From Octopus vulgaris (taxonomy: Eukaryota), in the NCBI GenBank assembly GCA_951406725.2, contig OX597830.1, positions 75,268,001 through 75,332,000 of the forward strand: a stretch of DNA of 64,000 nt, written 5' to 3'. Positions 29,059 to 42,819 of the stretch are shown here, in pieces (the first letter of the stretch is position 1; every line of letters starts with the position of its first letter). The notes beneath the pieces were generated by a model. It was not told the DNA's origin, did no database searches, and worked only from the letters and a program-made list of their open reading frames with translations. The position numbers were made by a program, and so were the translations under genes.

Positions 29059-29699
29059 CACACATACACACACATATATATACATATATACATACATACA
29101 GATATACGCTGTATTTAAAAACTCATGTGATCACCTTTGATCATAAGTGTACTCGATCATAGCTGACCTGTGGCTAATCAACTACAACAACAAAATCAAA
29201 TAAAATACGCAAAAAAATAGAATAGAAGAAAGAATTATATTTAAAACAAAAACCAAAATGGCGAATGATTAATCGATCTTATTTTCTTACACTTATTTAC
29301 GTTTCAATGGCCAAAGTTATTATATAAGTATTTTCATTTTAATATTGTCGGTTTAGTGCATTATTTGTCAGTGATTTTTTCGAAATTAGTCCAGTTTTTT
29401 AGTTTAGTCACGTATTTGTTGCGAAATGCTATTGTTTAGTATATTGACCTTGTTTCTGTGATATTAGGAAAATTGGTTATAGAATCCGGAATGTCTGTGG
29501 AATTAGCTGGCAGTGATTACGACTTACGTGCGTGAGGAAAAAAAAAAAGCAAGTAGTTCGTTCAGTACACTTAAAATTTATCCGCTAGTTGCTTGTAAAA
29601 TACTTATAGCTACATCTGTCTGTCTATCAGGTTGTCTCTATGTCTGTATGTATGTATATATGTCTGTATGTATGTATGCGTGTGTATAACCGCCCCTGA

Positions 29700-29885
29700 A
29701 TTGTTGCCGATTTTCCTTATTTTCACTTCTTTGTCTTTGGACATTCATCTTTTCGACGAAGAGCTATGCTCGAAACGTTAACAACTCTCTCCTTTCACCG
29801 AGTGTCAAATTAATATATTGCTTGTGCACGTCCTCACGTTCGCTTTATTCTTTTGTTTTCGCCTTTTCAATTGTATATTCTTTGA

Positions 29886-29890
<5 letters not shown>
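29700..29890 (+). mobile_element. Penelope-like terminal fragment with degenerate HHR, ending in (TA)n
   Basis: tttcgacgaagagctatgctcgaaacgttaa matches the 36560 motif. Downstream cacgtcctc.cgtt is also shared. Confidence 0.65.
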
Positions 29891-29927
<37 letters not shown>

Positions 29928-30254
29928 TCTTTACTTTTTCACTTGTTCGACCCGCTATTGTTCGACCCACTGATTTGTAACGACATTTCGTATCCGAAGA
30001 CGTCTGATGTAAACAATGAGATCGAAGATGGAAAAATAGGTAACGAGTGTACATACATATTTCAGGAGTTATTGCTCTTTCTTCAGCACCACATCCAGCC
30101 CATTAACCATCCACGAACACATTGCTTAAGTAACCAGTAATGTAGCGGTGTAATATTATTGGCTATGCTAATTTTACACGAACATGTTCCTGGCAACTGG
30201 TACATACATATTAATTACTTGCCCCCCCCCACATACACACACACAGATCAAGCA

Positions 30255-30480
30255 TTGTTATGCGATTAAGAAGTTCTCTCTGCGAACACGAGGTTTCGAA
30301 CACCGCTTGGCAACATCGCATAACAACCGATATTGGTTTATTTATGTGCCTCCGTCACTTAGCGATTCGACAATAGTAACCGATAGATTAAGTACCAGAC
30401 TTGAAAAATTAAGTGCTACTTTACTATGGTAGTTCCCCAGCCCCAGTGTAGCCGCAACCCAATGAAACAAGTAACAGATA
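30255..30480 (+). mobile_element. SINE family A, degenerate and internally deleted
   Basis: caacatcgcataacaaccgat..acttagcgattcg..ccgatagattaagtacc..gaaacaagtaa. Confidence 0.65.
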
Positions 30481-30853
30481 GAATATATATGTTTATCATA
30501 CAATCATATGTGATTTTGTACCTATGTAACTATAAATATATTTTTCAATAATTTGATGTCAATTTTGATAAATGACAATTTCGATAAATGACAAATTAAT
30601 GTATGTACAATATTTATCAATAGAACATGATATGATCAATGCTGAGAATTTTACTAGCAATATCAAAAAAAAAAAAAAATAGGAAAGAATAATTATAACT
30701 CCTAAAGGTGTTGTACCGCTTTATATACTTAACATTGTGAAAGTAACTTCCGTTGTTTGTACATTTTGATGAACATCTAACGACGGAGACTGAACGGAAT
30801 TTTAAACTGCAGTTCAATAAAAAAAAACGGTCCTCTGCACGAAACTAGAAAAT

Positions 30854-30907
<54 letters not shown>

Positions 30908-31090
30908 CACTACTACTACCACTACTCTTGCTAGTACTTCTACAAATACTGCTGCTGCTACTACTACTACTAATACTATTTCTACTACTACCACAACTAC
31001 TACTACTACTAATACTACCGCCGTCACCACCACCACTACTACTAGCTACTACTACTAGTTTTACTACTACTACTTCTACTGCTGCGGCTG

Positions 31091-31130
<40 letters not shown>

Positions 31131-31278
31131 TAGTAGTAGTAGTAGTAATTGTGCTGCTACTGCTACTACTACAGCAACTGCCCTACAATACTTAATATTC
31201 CTACTGCTATTTCTACTGCCACTGCTGCTGCTACTGCTACTACTAGTACTGTTACTGCTACTGCTGCTGCTGCTGCTG

Positions 31279-31329
<51 letters not shown>

Positions 31330-32819
31330 ATACTACTACTACTACTACCTGTGCTACAGATGCAAAGAATGAAAACAGCGAATGTGTAATGGTGACCATA
31401 ACACTACATTAATCCTAAAAAGAGTGAGAGGGAGAGAGGGGGTGAGAAAGAGAGAGGGTGAGAGATGGAGAGAGAGAAAAAACTAATGAAAGGTGAAGGA
31501 AAGCAAAGAAGTGAAAGAAACAGGGAGAGAGGTATAAAGAGAGAGAGAGAGAGAGAGAGAAAGATTGAAGAGGGGGTGAGATGAAGGAAGAGTAAAGTGG
31601 TGGTGAGTGGGGGGGGAGAGAAAGGGTTTGGGGGACAACAAAGATAAAGCGAGAGTCAATGGAGGAGAAAATACACTCCAAACCAACATCAATACCTCCA
31701 CCATCACCACCACCACCACACTATAATCATCATCAGCATCATCATCATCATCATCACAATACCTATTCAATCACCATTACCATCAACATCATCATAAACA
31801 CCATCAGCAATATCAACAACAAAAACCACAAATATTTCCACCACCATCCTCACCATCAGCACTACCGCCGCCTCCACCGTTAACAAAACCACCACCATCA
31901 TCATCATCATAAACAAGAAGACCACCTTCAGTAATTCAACGATAAATAACACTACAGCCGCCATGTGTAAAAAACCATCACTATTGTCGCCACCTCCATC
32001 ACCATCACTGCCAACAACAACAACGTAAGTAGAAATAGTACCATGACCACCATGACCACCACCAATGACATTACAAACACAAGCACCTCGACACCATTAT
32101 CACCATCACTACCATCATCATTACCAACATCACTAACAAGCAAACAGCAGCAACATCGCAACCATTACAAATACCACCACCACCACCACCACCACCACCG
32201 ACGTTGCCATTATCACCACCATCACCATCATTTCACCGACAACAACAACAACCCAATCATCATCAGAACCTTTATAACCACCACCATCACACCACCAACA
32301 AAACAATACACACCACCAACGCCACCGCCACCATGTCACAACCACCACCTCCACCACCAACAGCAACAACAGCGCTGTTACGAACACCATCACCTCCGCC
32401 CATCCTCCAGCTTTAAAAAATAAAAAAACAACCCCTACCCCATCCCCGCCCTTGCCTCCATCCCCGCCTCTCCCCCTCCCCTTTCACCCGCACCTCCCCC
32501 ACACACACACACCCATGCATTCACTCAACCATCACGACCTCCATAGCCTAATCATTCAATCAACGAACATAACTGGCCAACCACCGAATCCTCCACCGCG
32601 TTCACCCTTATCCGTTATTTTGCCATAACAACCCCTCCTCCATTTTTTCACATTCACCGTTCCTATCTCTCTATCTCATTCTCTCTCCTCCTCCTCCTCC
32701 GCCTCCGCCTCCTCCTCATCTCTCGCACCCTCTCTTTCTATTACACTCTCTTTCCTCCGCACCTCCGTTCTCCTCTTTTCGCTCTTTCCCTCCTCGTATT
32801 CTTTCCCAATGTGCTTCAG

Positions 32820-32872
32820 ATAAGAAGTTAGCAGTGAAAGATCGATCTGAAGGCACGGCATCATACGTGTGA
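32820..32872 (+). CDS. Candidate terminal coding exon (D)KKLAVKDRSEGTASYV* of an unidentified host gene
   Basis: Long pyrimidine tract plus ttcAG acceptor. Only one frame is open. It ends TAC GTG TGA, overlapping a GTGAGT donor at 32869. Confidence 0.5.
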
Positions 32873-33110
32873 GTATTTCTCACATTAAACTTGCCTTTTG
32901 ACGGTCGAGAGTTTCACTTAATGTGTTTTTTGCTTTTCTTTTCTTTTCTTTTTGTTTTGTTTTTGTTTATGCATTTCATATTTTATATTTTTTCTTTTTT
33001 TCTATTTTTATTTTGTTTAGCTTTCTGCCATTGTGTGCATTTGTTAGTGTTGTTGTTGCTACTGTAGTTGTTGCTGTTGTTGTTGTTTTTCTTGGCCTTG
33101 TGAATCACAG

Positions 33111-33150
33111 CGGAGTTAGCGTTGACGATGATTGTGGAGGATACGTGTGA
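33111..33150 (+). CDS. Candidate alternative terminal exon GVSVDDDCGGYV*
   Basis: cacAG acceptor, in frame with the 32868 donor (GT+C = Val), and also ends TAC GTG TGA. Confidence 0.45.
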
Positions 33151-33454
33151 CTGCATTGATGGTGGTGAGTATTGGTTGTGGTGGTGGTGGTGGTGAGTAT
33201 TGGCTGTAGTGGTGATGATGATGATGACGATGAAGGTGATCATCATCATCATCATGATTATGATGATGATAAAGGTGTTTTTTTTAAAATGATGATAATG
33301 GTAATCATGTTGGTAATGATGATGATAATGATGATGACGATGACGTTGATGATGAAGACGACGGTGATGATGAGTACGATGATGAAGATGGTGACGACGA
33401 CGATAATGAAGATGCTGATGACGATGATGATGGTAGCGGTGGTGGTCGTGGTAG

Positions 33455-33485
<31 letters not shown>

Positions 33486-34350
33486 GGTGGATATTGATGA
33501 TGATGATGTAGAGGATGATGAAGATCAAGATTATGATGATGACAACGACGACTACGACGCTGACGCCAGCGACGACCCCGACAACGACGACGCTGATGGA
33601 GGGGGAGGAAGAGGACAATGCCGAAGATGATGTTTATGACGATGATGATGATGGGGATGATAATTGTGATGATGATAATGATTACGATGATGGTGCTAGT
33701 GAATAGGAAAATTAGGATCACTGTGATGATAATGACGATGATGATAATGATGATGATGATGATGATGATGATAATAAGGATGATGATGATGACGGCGACG
33801 ACGACGATGTTGATGATGGTGATGAGGATGATGACGATGAAGTTGATGTTGCTTAATTTCAGCAGTGAAATTGATGATGAAGTATATGATGATGTCAATG
33901 ACAATGATCAGTGTGATGATGATGATGATGATGAGGAGGAGGAGGAGGAGGAAGATGAGGATGACAATAGTGGCTGCAATGGTACTATTGATAGGAGAAA
34001 GCTCTTATGACGACGATGCTTTGGTGATTACGCTAACGATAATGACGAAAACGTCGATGGTGCTGACGAAGATGATGATAACAATGATGATGTTGATGAC
34101 GATGATGATGAATTTGATGATGATGATGATGATGATGTTGGTTGTGGTGGTTGTGGTTGTGGTAGTGGTGATGTTGGTAGCGGTGGTGGTGTGGTGGGAG
34201 GTGCTGATGACTACAATAGTGATGATGATAACGACGACGACGACGATGATGATGTTGATAATGATAAAGGTGACGATGATGATGATTTATGATAATGATG
34301 TTGTTGTTGTTGTTGGCGGTGAGGATGACGACAATGATGCTGGTGCTGAA

Positions 34351-34396
<46 letters not shown>

Positions 34397-34919
34397 CTGA
34401 TGATACTGATGATGATGATGATGATGATTTAAGCTGACGATGATGATCATCATCATGACGACGACGATGATGCTGTTGTTGATGATGTTGCCGCTGCTAC
34501 TGCTGCTGCTGCTGATGATGATGATGATAATGATGATAATGATGGTGACGGCGATCACAACGATGACGACAACGATATGACGTCGTCGATTATTACGACG
34601 GTGACGATGATGCTATTGATATTAATACTGCTTCTCTTCATTTATATATTTATTTACATATTTATTTTATTTATTTATTCTTATTATACTCCTCTGATAA
34701 TATTACGTCTTTTCAAAATTTCTGTTTTTTTTTTCTTCTTTTATTTTCTATTCTAAGATTCTTATCATTGCAGTGTGAGATAAGGAACCTATCAGACAAG
34801 TGGGCGGACCTTAGATTGTATTGTATTTATATAGTTTTATTTTTAAATCCCCACCCAAAGTAGCTAACCCTCCCCTCTACCCTATTTTATATCTCACACA
34901 CAAATACACACACACAAAT

Positions 34920-34950
<31 letters not shown>

Positions 34951-35254
34951 TACACAAATATATAGAAATATTCAGACATACATACGTGCACCAACAGAAA
35001 TAAGCTTGCATTCATTCCTTACAAATATATCTCCCAATCAAGTTATCTTTTCCTTTGTGTTTACACACACACACACACACACACCGACACACACACACAC
35101 ACCGACACACACACACACACACACACACACACGTACGCATTTACGCTTACACGTGTGTGTGCGTATATGAGTGTGCACGCATGCGATCGTGCACATTTAT
35201 GTATATATATGTGCGTTTATACATAGACATATATGTAAACAGAATTTCATTATA

Positions 35255-35298
<44 letters not shown>

Positions 35299-35306
35299 GT
35301 ATATAT

Positions 35307-35362
<56 letters not shown>

Positions 35363-36419
35363 GCATATATATATATGCATCCATACATGCGTTCATATAT
35401 ATATATGCATACACTAACAATCGCAAAAAACACACACACATATATATTATATATATTACAAGTATAAATATAAATATACATAAAAATTATAAAGAATCTA
35501 CTATTTTCTATATTTTCCCTTTAACCCTCAACACTTTAATTTGTTTGATAATATTTTCGTCGTTCTATTTACTATTGTTTCATCAACTTGTATTCCTATT
35601 TAGCTTACTTATTATCAATCTTCCTTTGTTCTTTAAGACAGAAGAGTTTATATCACTGAACTATATCAATAAATAAATATCCCCTTTTGTATTGTATTGT
35701 TAGATATTGTCTTACTAATGTAAAATAATACGTTTTTGTCGTCCTTTATGCTTGCATACCAATTTTTATACAATATCAGTTTGCCATAGTGGAGCAAAGT
35801 TTAACTATGTCGCTCGAGATTTTATTTTACATTGACATGTTGTTAGATATTTTCCTTGTTGTTGTTGATGTTGTGGTTGTCATTGTTATTGCTGTTGTTG
35901 TTGTTGCTATCGGTGGCAGTAATGGTGGCGGTGTTGCTGTTAGTGTAGGTGGTGGTGGTGGTGGTGGTGTAGGTGGTTTTTGTGCTGCGACTACTACAAG
36001 TTGGAGGTGGTGTATTTGTATTGTATTTTGTTTTCTCTTTTCTGCGTCAATCCCAAAACCATACTTAATCCGTTGGGTCTGTGATCAAAAATGCTTCCAA
36101 TGGTAACGTGGCGCGTTTTAGTTTCCAGATATATCATACATATAGAACTATATATATTAACTGATATACACCTCCTTCCTTTGTAACAGGGGATTGAAAG
36201 TTGGCTAATATTTCTAGCAGCAGTAATTATCTCAAATGTCCCTAACATGTACCTCATATAATAGGAGTGGCTGTGTTGTAAGTAACTTCCTTACCAACCA
36301 CATTGTTCCGTGTTCAGTCCCACTGCCTGGCACCTTGGGCAAGTGTCTTCTGCTATTGCCTCGGGTCGACCAAAGCCTTGTGAGTGGATATGGTAGACGG
36401 AAACTGAAAGAATCCCGGC

Positions 36420-36695
36420 ACATATCTCTTGCACTATCCTGTCTTTGAAAGAACTTTTCTTCACCCATTTCCTTTCGGTCATTCAAAATGTGACCGCGTG
36501 TGTACCGTTGGCGATTTTTTTCCTCCGTCTTCCCTTCTCTGAATCTTTCGTTTTCCTATGTTTCTGACGAAGAGCTCCGCTCGAAACGTTAAACCCTACT
36601 TCTTCCTTTCCTTCCTGAGCGTCCAATAATACTATATTTGTTCCACGTCCTCGCGTTGTTGTGTTTTCTCTGTGTTTTCATCTTTGGATTAACTA
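36420..36695 (+). mobile_element. Penelope-like terminal (pLTR-like) fragment carrying an HHR, ending in (TA)n
   Basis: Contains the HHR at 36560-36594. It has a pyrimidine-rich body and its 3' end joins (TA)n. Confidence 0.65.
36560..36594 (+). ncRNA. Minimal type I hammerhead ribozyme motif
   Basis: gttt CTGACGA a gagc-tcc-gctc GAAA cg TT aaac. Stem I gttt/aaac, stem II gagc/gctc, palindromic stem III ACGT. Confidence 0.75.
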
Positions 36696-38511
36696 TATAT
36701 ATATATATATATGAATGTGTGTGTATATGTTTGTGCATCTGTGTTTGTCTCCCAACATCGCTTGACAACCGATGCTGGTGTGTTTACGTCCCCGTAACTT
36801 AGCGGTTCGGCAAAAGACACCGATAGAATAAGTACTAGGCTTACAAAGAATAAAACCTGGGGTCGATTTCCAAGTAAAAAGAGTATTATACTGAACTATA
36901 CGACTCGTATACTTCAGTATAGTTCAGTTTATCGATCTCGCTTGGTGGACGGCTAAGCCTTATAAACTACTACATTACTCTAATATTATTCTAACATATA
37001 TAAATAACTTGCAGTTATATTTTTGTTACTTTTCTTAGATATATTGCCCATTATCATCACCTTTGATTCTTAATAAAATGTTTTGTAAAATATATCGGAA
37101 TAAAATGATGTAGAAATGCAACACATAATTGTACTTTCTTATTTCGCTAATAACGGTCTGCGACTATTCCGAGTAGCACAGCAAACATATATATATATAT
37201 ATACAAAAACGTGAAGCAGTTATATGCGCACAATATTAAGGGAATTCTATTAAAACTATATTACTCTTAGTTACTGAATAGTCAGAATTCTTCGATTTTA
37301 AGGACAGGAACGCGTGCACAAAAGAAATGTACTTCATGTTAAGAAACTTTTGTGTAGCATATATCAGTTCATAGATTGCTTTGAGATTTTTTTCTGCTGA
37401 CTGCAATGTGTAAATAGCGAGTCCTTTGAGGTGGAAAATACGTCCGAATCGCAACCCCAAATCGACATCATTTAAGCTTAATTCATTTATCATTCTTATG
37501 TTGAAATTCACTGCCTTTGTTTTAGTTAAATTTGAAAATAATGAAAAATTTATTAAAATAAATTTGTCATTATCAAACTGGCGTTTGGAAGATAAATTAA
37601 CATGAAATTTTAAAAGGAGGGTTTTAATCAAATCAGATTATGGCAATACGTGTGTATCAGAGAACCGGAGGCGGTCCCAAACAGTTCAAACTACAAAAAA
37701 GGTTAAGTAAATAAACTGTTAAAAATAATTTCGCTACGATACTAATCCAGAGTCAACAATCGTTTAATGAACCAAGGAAATTCGGTTTATATATTCTATT
37801 ATTCACACAGACCTATAAAGAAAATTTAGCGAAATTTCCATACAAATTTTCCCTACAAAAATTTTCCATACAAAAATGCTAAACAAAGCTGTGACTGAAA
37901 TTATAGCAGAATATTTATTCATTTATTAAAATTTCATGCATTTTTATACAATTAGGTCACTTTGAAAATTTCACAAGAAAATTTTTGTTTTCAGAATTTT
38001 TTGATAGAAGCACTTCTATAGATATTTTTCCATAAAAATTTGTATTGTTCGTTACCCATTTATTTGTGTCCACCTGTGGAAACTTTAATCTGTTGTTCAA
38101 CCTGTCAGTACAAAATGATTAACCGCAATTGTGGGTCAAATATCCTTTAATTCCGTTCTTGAATGTAGGGGATGAGGAAGTTGCACATATTTATATTTCT
38201 GTTTCCTTCACAACATTATGATACACTTGCTCAAGGTGTCTTACAGTTGGACTGAACCCAGGACCATGAAGTTGGGATGCTAGCTTCTTACCATAGAGCC
38301 ACACCTATACCTATATGTACGAAATATTAGGATAAACACTAAATTTTATAAAAATCCCCACTAGGCTGTTTAGAGCCCTGCGACAGATGTTCCAAATGCA
38401 TATAGATGTGCACCCAGATCGGATCCTTGGGGAACACTTTCCATACGGAAGCACTTCAATACACACACAGTCACACACGTGCACACACTTCCGAATATAC
38501 TTATTAACATA

Positions 38512-38674
38512 GGCGCAGGAGAGGGGGTGTGGTAAGAAGCGTGCTTCCCAACCACATAGTTCCGGGTTCAGTCCCACTGCATGGCACCTTGGGCAAGTGT
38601 CTTCTACTATAGCCGCGGACGACCAAATCCTTCCGAGTGGATTTGGTAGAAAGAAAAACTGAAAGAAGCCCGTC

Positions 38675-38759
<85 letters not shown>

Positions 38760-38770
38760 TGTGTGTGTTT
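38512..38770 (+). mobile_element. SINE family A, 5' half
   Basis: ggcgcaggagagggggtgtggtaag..ggttcagtcccactgcatggcaccttgggcaag..gaaagaagcccgtcgtata. Confidence 0.85.
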
Positions 38771-38986
38771 TTGTAATATAATATAGATAATATGTATATA
38801 TACATGCATATATGGATACAGGACAAACAAAAATCGTTGAACACAATGAGAAACGAAAACTTAAAAACAAAAACATAGAAACGATTTCTTTTCGAACAAC
38901 GAAAAAACAGAGAAACGAGACATACAACATGAAGAATATTCCCCTTCTTCAGTTGTCCCTGTTTCATCTACTTCACGTTTCGGGAG

Positions 38987-39027
<41 letters not shown>

Positions 39028-39139
39028 ATGATCACATGACCAACTAGGCTATCAGATATTGTTACACATCGCTGGTCACAATGCGGTTCGCATTGTTTTA
39101 GCCTTCAAATGAGGCCACCCCGCTGGCTAAGCAAGCAGG

Positions 39140-39202
<63 letters not shown>

Positions 39203-39849
39203 ACAATTGAGGGTAAAATTAATTAATCAATTTCACCAAGTATTCAGTATGTAAAAGGACCATTTAAGGCGAATTCAAAATATTACATTATATAATTAGG
39301 GCTTAGTAAAATAAATTACTTTGCCACATACTGAACTTAGTAGAAATAGCAGCCAAAAACATTTTTTTAGCCATTTCTACTACTTAAAGAAAATTTCTCT
39401 CAGATAATGTTTACTCCAGACAGCTCACGAAGGTTTGGAGGTAAATACAGAAAAATATCACAAGTACATAGATCGTTTGAGTACGTCAACGTTTCAAGAT
39501 TAGCCAAATAAAATCAGCATTTCTTTCGTCAGCTCAAAATTTCTTAATTTGGATTTGGAAACACTAAAAAGAAGGAACTTTACTTATCGGCGAACTTGTC
39601 GCTTCAGATGAACCAGCTCCAACTGCCAGTGCCAACAAATTCAAAATGCGCAGGCGTAAATTTCTGCACTCCTTTTCCACCCACGTGGTCTATCTACACA
39701 CAACATACCACAGCATATGACAGAATAAGATCCCCATAAACTGGTAACAATATAGACAAAAAAAAACATAATAAAATAATAAAATACACAGATAAATATA
39801 CAAATGGAAGAAAATAACTATATACATTAAAAAAAATTAACAAAATACA

Positions 39850-39889
<40 letters not shown>

Positions 39890-40234
39890 TTAATTATAAT
39901 AATAATAATAAGTAGGTGTAAACACACGAACAAAATAAAAATAAACAAATTACACGAACGTGTATAAACAGGAGATACAAATATTACGGGCATTCCTCCC
40001 CCCACACACACACACACTAACTAAAGATAGAGACACATAGCGGTATACGCATGCGAAAATGAAGACACATACAATAGGAATACAAAATACAAAATGGCTG
40101 ACCGTTAGTAAGGAGAGGCACACATGTAAGAAAGAAGAAAGCAAAGGACCACTGATGCGGTCACAGGAGTGTGACGAAAGAACTCTAGCCGAAATAAGAT
40201 TCAAATTAATATAAAATATAAATAATGCATCGAG

Positions 40235-40618
40235 AGTTACACAAATACTAGAACTGGGTGCCACTGCATGGTGCCAAGGATTCCCAATTTGCCATCAAGA
40301 TGTAGGACAAAGTACTGTGATAACCTAGACTTCAGAGGTCCACAGCTTTTCAATATCCTCCCGAAGGACCTGAGAGATGCAGATGTTTTTAAAATAAAAC
40401 TGGATCTCTTCCTGTCAGGTGTCCCAGATGAACCAACTTCACGGCAGGAGGTGCAGATGAGGGCAGCTGCATCGAACTCTCTCATGCACCAAATGTCATT
40501 TGCTAAAAAGCATTCGTGAAGTAAAATCATGTAGCAACACCGAATGGCGGTGCCCAGCATGGCCACAGCTCGTGAGCTGAAGCTAGATAAAATGAAATAA
40601 GATGAAATGAAAATGAAA
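40235..40618 (+). mobile_element. 3' end of a CR1-group LINE (ORF2 C-terminus plus 3' UTR)
   Basis: FRGPQLFNILPKDLR..FKIKLDLFLSGVPDEP..RAAASNSL resembles the C-terminus of CR1/L2-group ORF2. It ends in an (aaatga)n tail. Confidence 0.75.
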
Positions 40619-40703
40619 CGCTGAAGCAAATTAACACCAAATATATAGTGCGTGTGTTTTTATTGGCTAAACTGGCAAAATGACCATTCCTAAATACAAA
40701 AAC

Positions 40704-40754
<51 letters not shown>

Positions 40755-42099
40755 GACACACAGATATATACATGTTTTTGCATTTCATCTATTCAGTATA
40801 CTTTATATATTGATCTGTCTAATTTGCTTTGCTTATCACCCCACATATGTTTATATATACATATATATATATATATTTATTTATTTATTTATATATGCAT
40901 GTAGGTATGTATGTATGTATGAATGTATATGTATATATGTATATATGTATAAATATATATATATATAAATATATATACATAATAAATTTATATATATACG
41001 CACATATACATATATGATGGTCATACGTATATACATAGACACACATAACATACATAGAGAGATATTCATACATACACATATGTCTATAAACGCGTGTACA
41101 GTAGTGGCCAAAATCTATACACATATATCTATATATTTTTAATAAATCATACACGTGTAATCTCGAAAATTTTTGCTGATTAATAAAGGAATTCACGTCT
41201 TTTTTTTATTGATATCTGCTTTTTATTTTTATCTATTTATTTTCTTTTTGTTTTGTTTTTCAAATGTCTCTTTCACACACTAACTGATACAAACACGGTA
41301 AGATAAAAACTCTAATATGTACAATTATACACTTTTATAAATATTAATATAAATACTTCCATACATTAAGCATAAATGATTATCAATTTCCGTTTATGAA
41401 CACATTATATGGAATACTTAATTATTGTGATTAAGTTGTAATTTTGTTTCTTTTAATATATATAAATCATTTTTCAATATACAAATTCATTAATCACTGG
41501 AAAAAAAAGTATATCTTTGTATAATGATTTGCTATAACATTAATCATAATATTACTGATATCATGGCATTATATTTATCGTACTATAATATTAGTAGAAA
41601 GATAACTTATACCATGCTATTATATTTGTTTTTGTTTAATATAAGAGAGAAAAATACAAAATTCTATGAGTGAATGAACAAAAAATATTGAAGTTTTCAT
41701 TGAAAATTATATGTATATGACATAGTACTTAACAAACATTTTCACATACACACCATATGTATGCTCACCCAGACACATACATAGGCTCCCCCCCCCTACA
41801 CATACACAAACATACATACTGGGTGTGTTGAATAAGATACCGAAAATTTTAAAACAGTACATCAAACCATCGGCATGATCTAATAGGTCTTTCCTTCATG
41901 ATCTAATAGGTCTTTCTGTCTCTTCATTAAAGGAACAAGGTTTGGAATTATATGGGGGGAGTAGGTAATTTACGTTGGTCCCAGTGCTCAATTGGCACCT
42001 ATTTTATCAACCTCAAAATCTTTCATCTTATAACAACCTCAACATGCAACGTCAGTTAGGCAGACCATCATCACATGCTAGAGTGAATGTAATAATAAA

Positions 42100-42316
42100 T
42101 AAAAATGCGCCCTTTTAAAACCTACCCAGGATCATGGGCCCGGTTTCCCGGTTTCAATGGGACGCCAGTCCATTGCAGCCTTACTCACTTTTGCCAGTTG
42201 AGTGGACTGGAGCAACATGAAATGAAGTGTTTTGCTCAAGAACACAACGCGTCAGCCGGTCCAAGAATCGAAACCACAATCTTACGATCATGATGCTGAC
42301 ACCCTAACCACTAAGT
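42100..42316 (-). mobile_element. tRNA-derived SINE (family C-related)
   Basis: - strand cttagtggttagggtg..gtttcgattct (A/B boxes). The 3' part ggac.ggcgtccc..gaaaccgggaaaccggg is shared with the 45668 element. Confidence 0.75.
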
Positions 42317-42819
42317 TGAATAACGAACACTTTAGACAGCATGCATGTGTACACTCGTCATAACGCTTTTTCAGGAAATTTTCATCATTTTAGTGACAAA
42401 CACGTTTTCCTGATAATTAGGTACCTCATGTTTTTAGGTGTCAGTTGTGCAACGAAATTTACGTGACGATATGATATGCCATCAAAATCTCGAGCACATA
42501 CATTCGGACAGCTTTTGAAATGAATTCATAGGACGATATGTAAATATAATTTATACGTTTTTTTTTTATTTTGCTAGATTGTTAATGTTTTAATTTTGAT
42601 TTATTTATCTGACGATTTCAGAGATTTATTTCTTTTAATTATGTTTTGAAATACAAAGTTTCACCGCAAAATTGACATAATTTGAAATGTGAATATCATA
42701 GACAAATTGTCAGAGGCAAACGAGGCTTCAAGTTGGACAATAAAAGATTTATTTATCAAAATTCGAACAAGCGATTCAGAGTGATGAAAATTTTATAACC
42801 GATTTAACAAATATTTAAT

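Larger units (their letters stand above)
30850..34620. repeat. (CTA)n, (CAC/CAT)n, pyrimidine-rich and (GAT)n microsatellite blocks
   Basis: Direct reading. Confidence 0.9.
36263..36884 (+). mobile_element. SINE family A split by a ~275-bp insertion
   Basis: 5' half 36263-36418 and 3' half ~36715-36884. Confidence 0.85.

Noticed and set aside
36890-36928. 12-bp inverted repeat actgaactatac/gtatagttcagt
   Set aside because: Isolated small hairpin with no supporting context.
37236-37631. 131-aa non-repetitive ORF on the - strand
   Set aside because: No recognisable domain or splice context, and the AT-biased composition is consistent with chance.
38935-38990. Permuted HHR-like arrangement (cGAAAcgtg...CTGAAGAagggg on -)
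   Set aside because: The cleavage position would be G and stem I does not pair. At most a relic.
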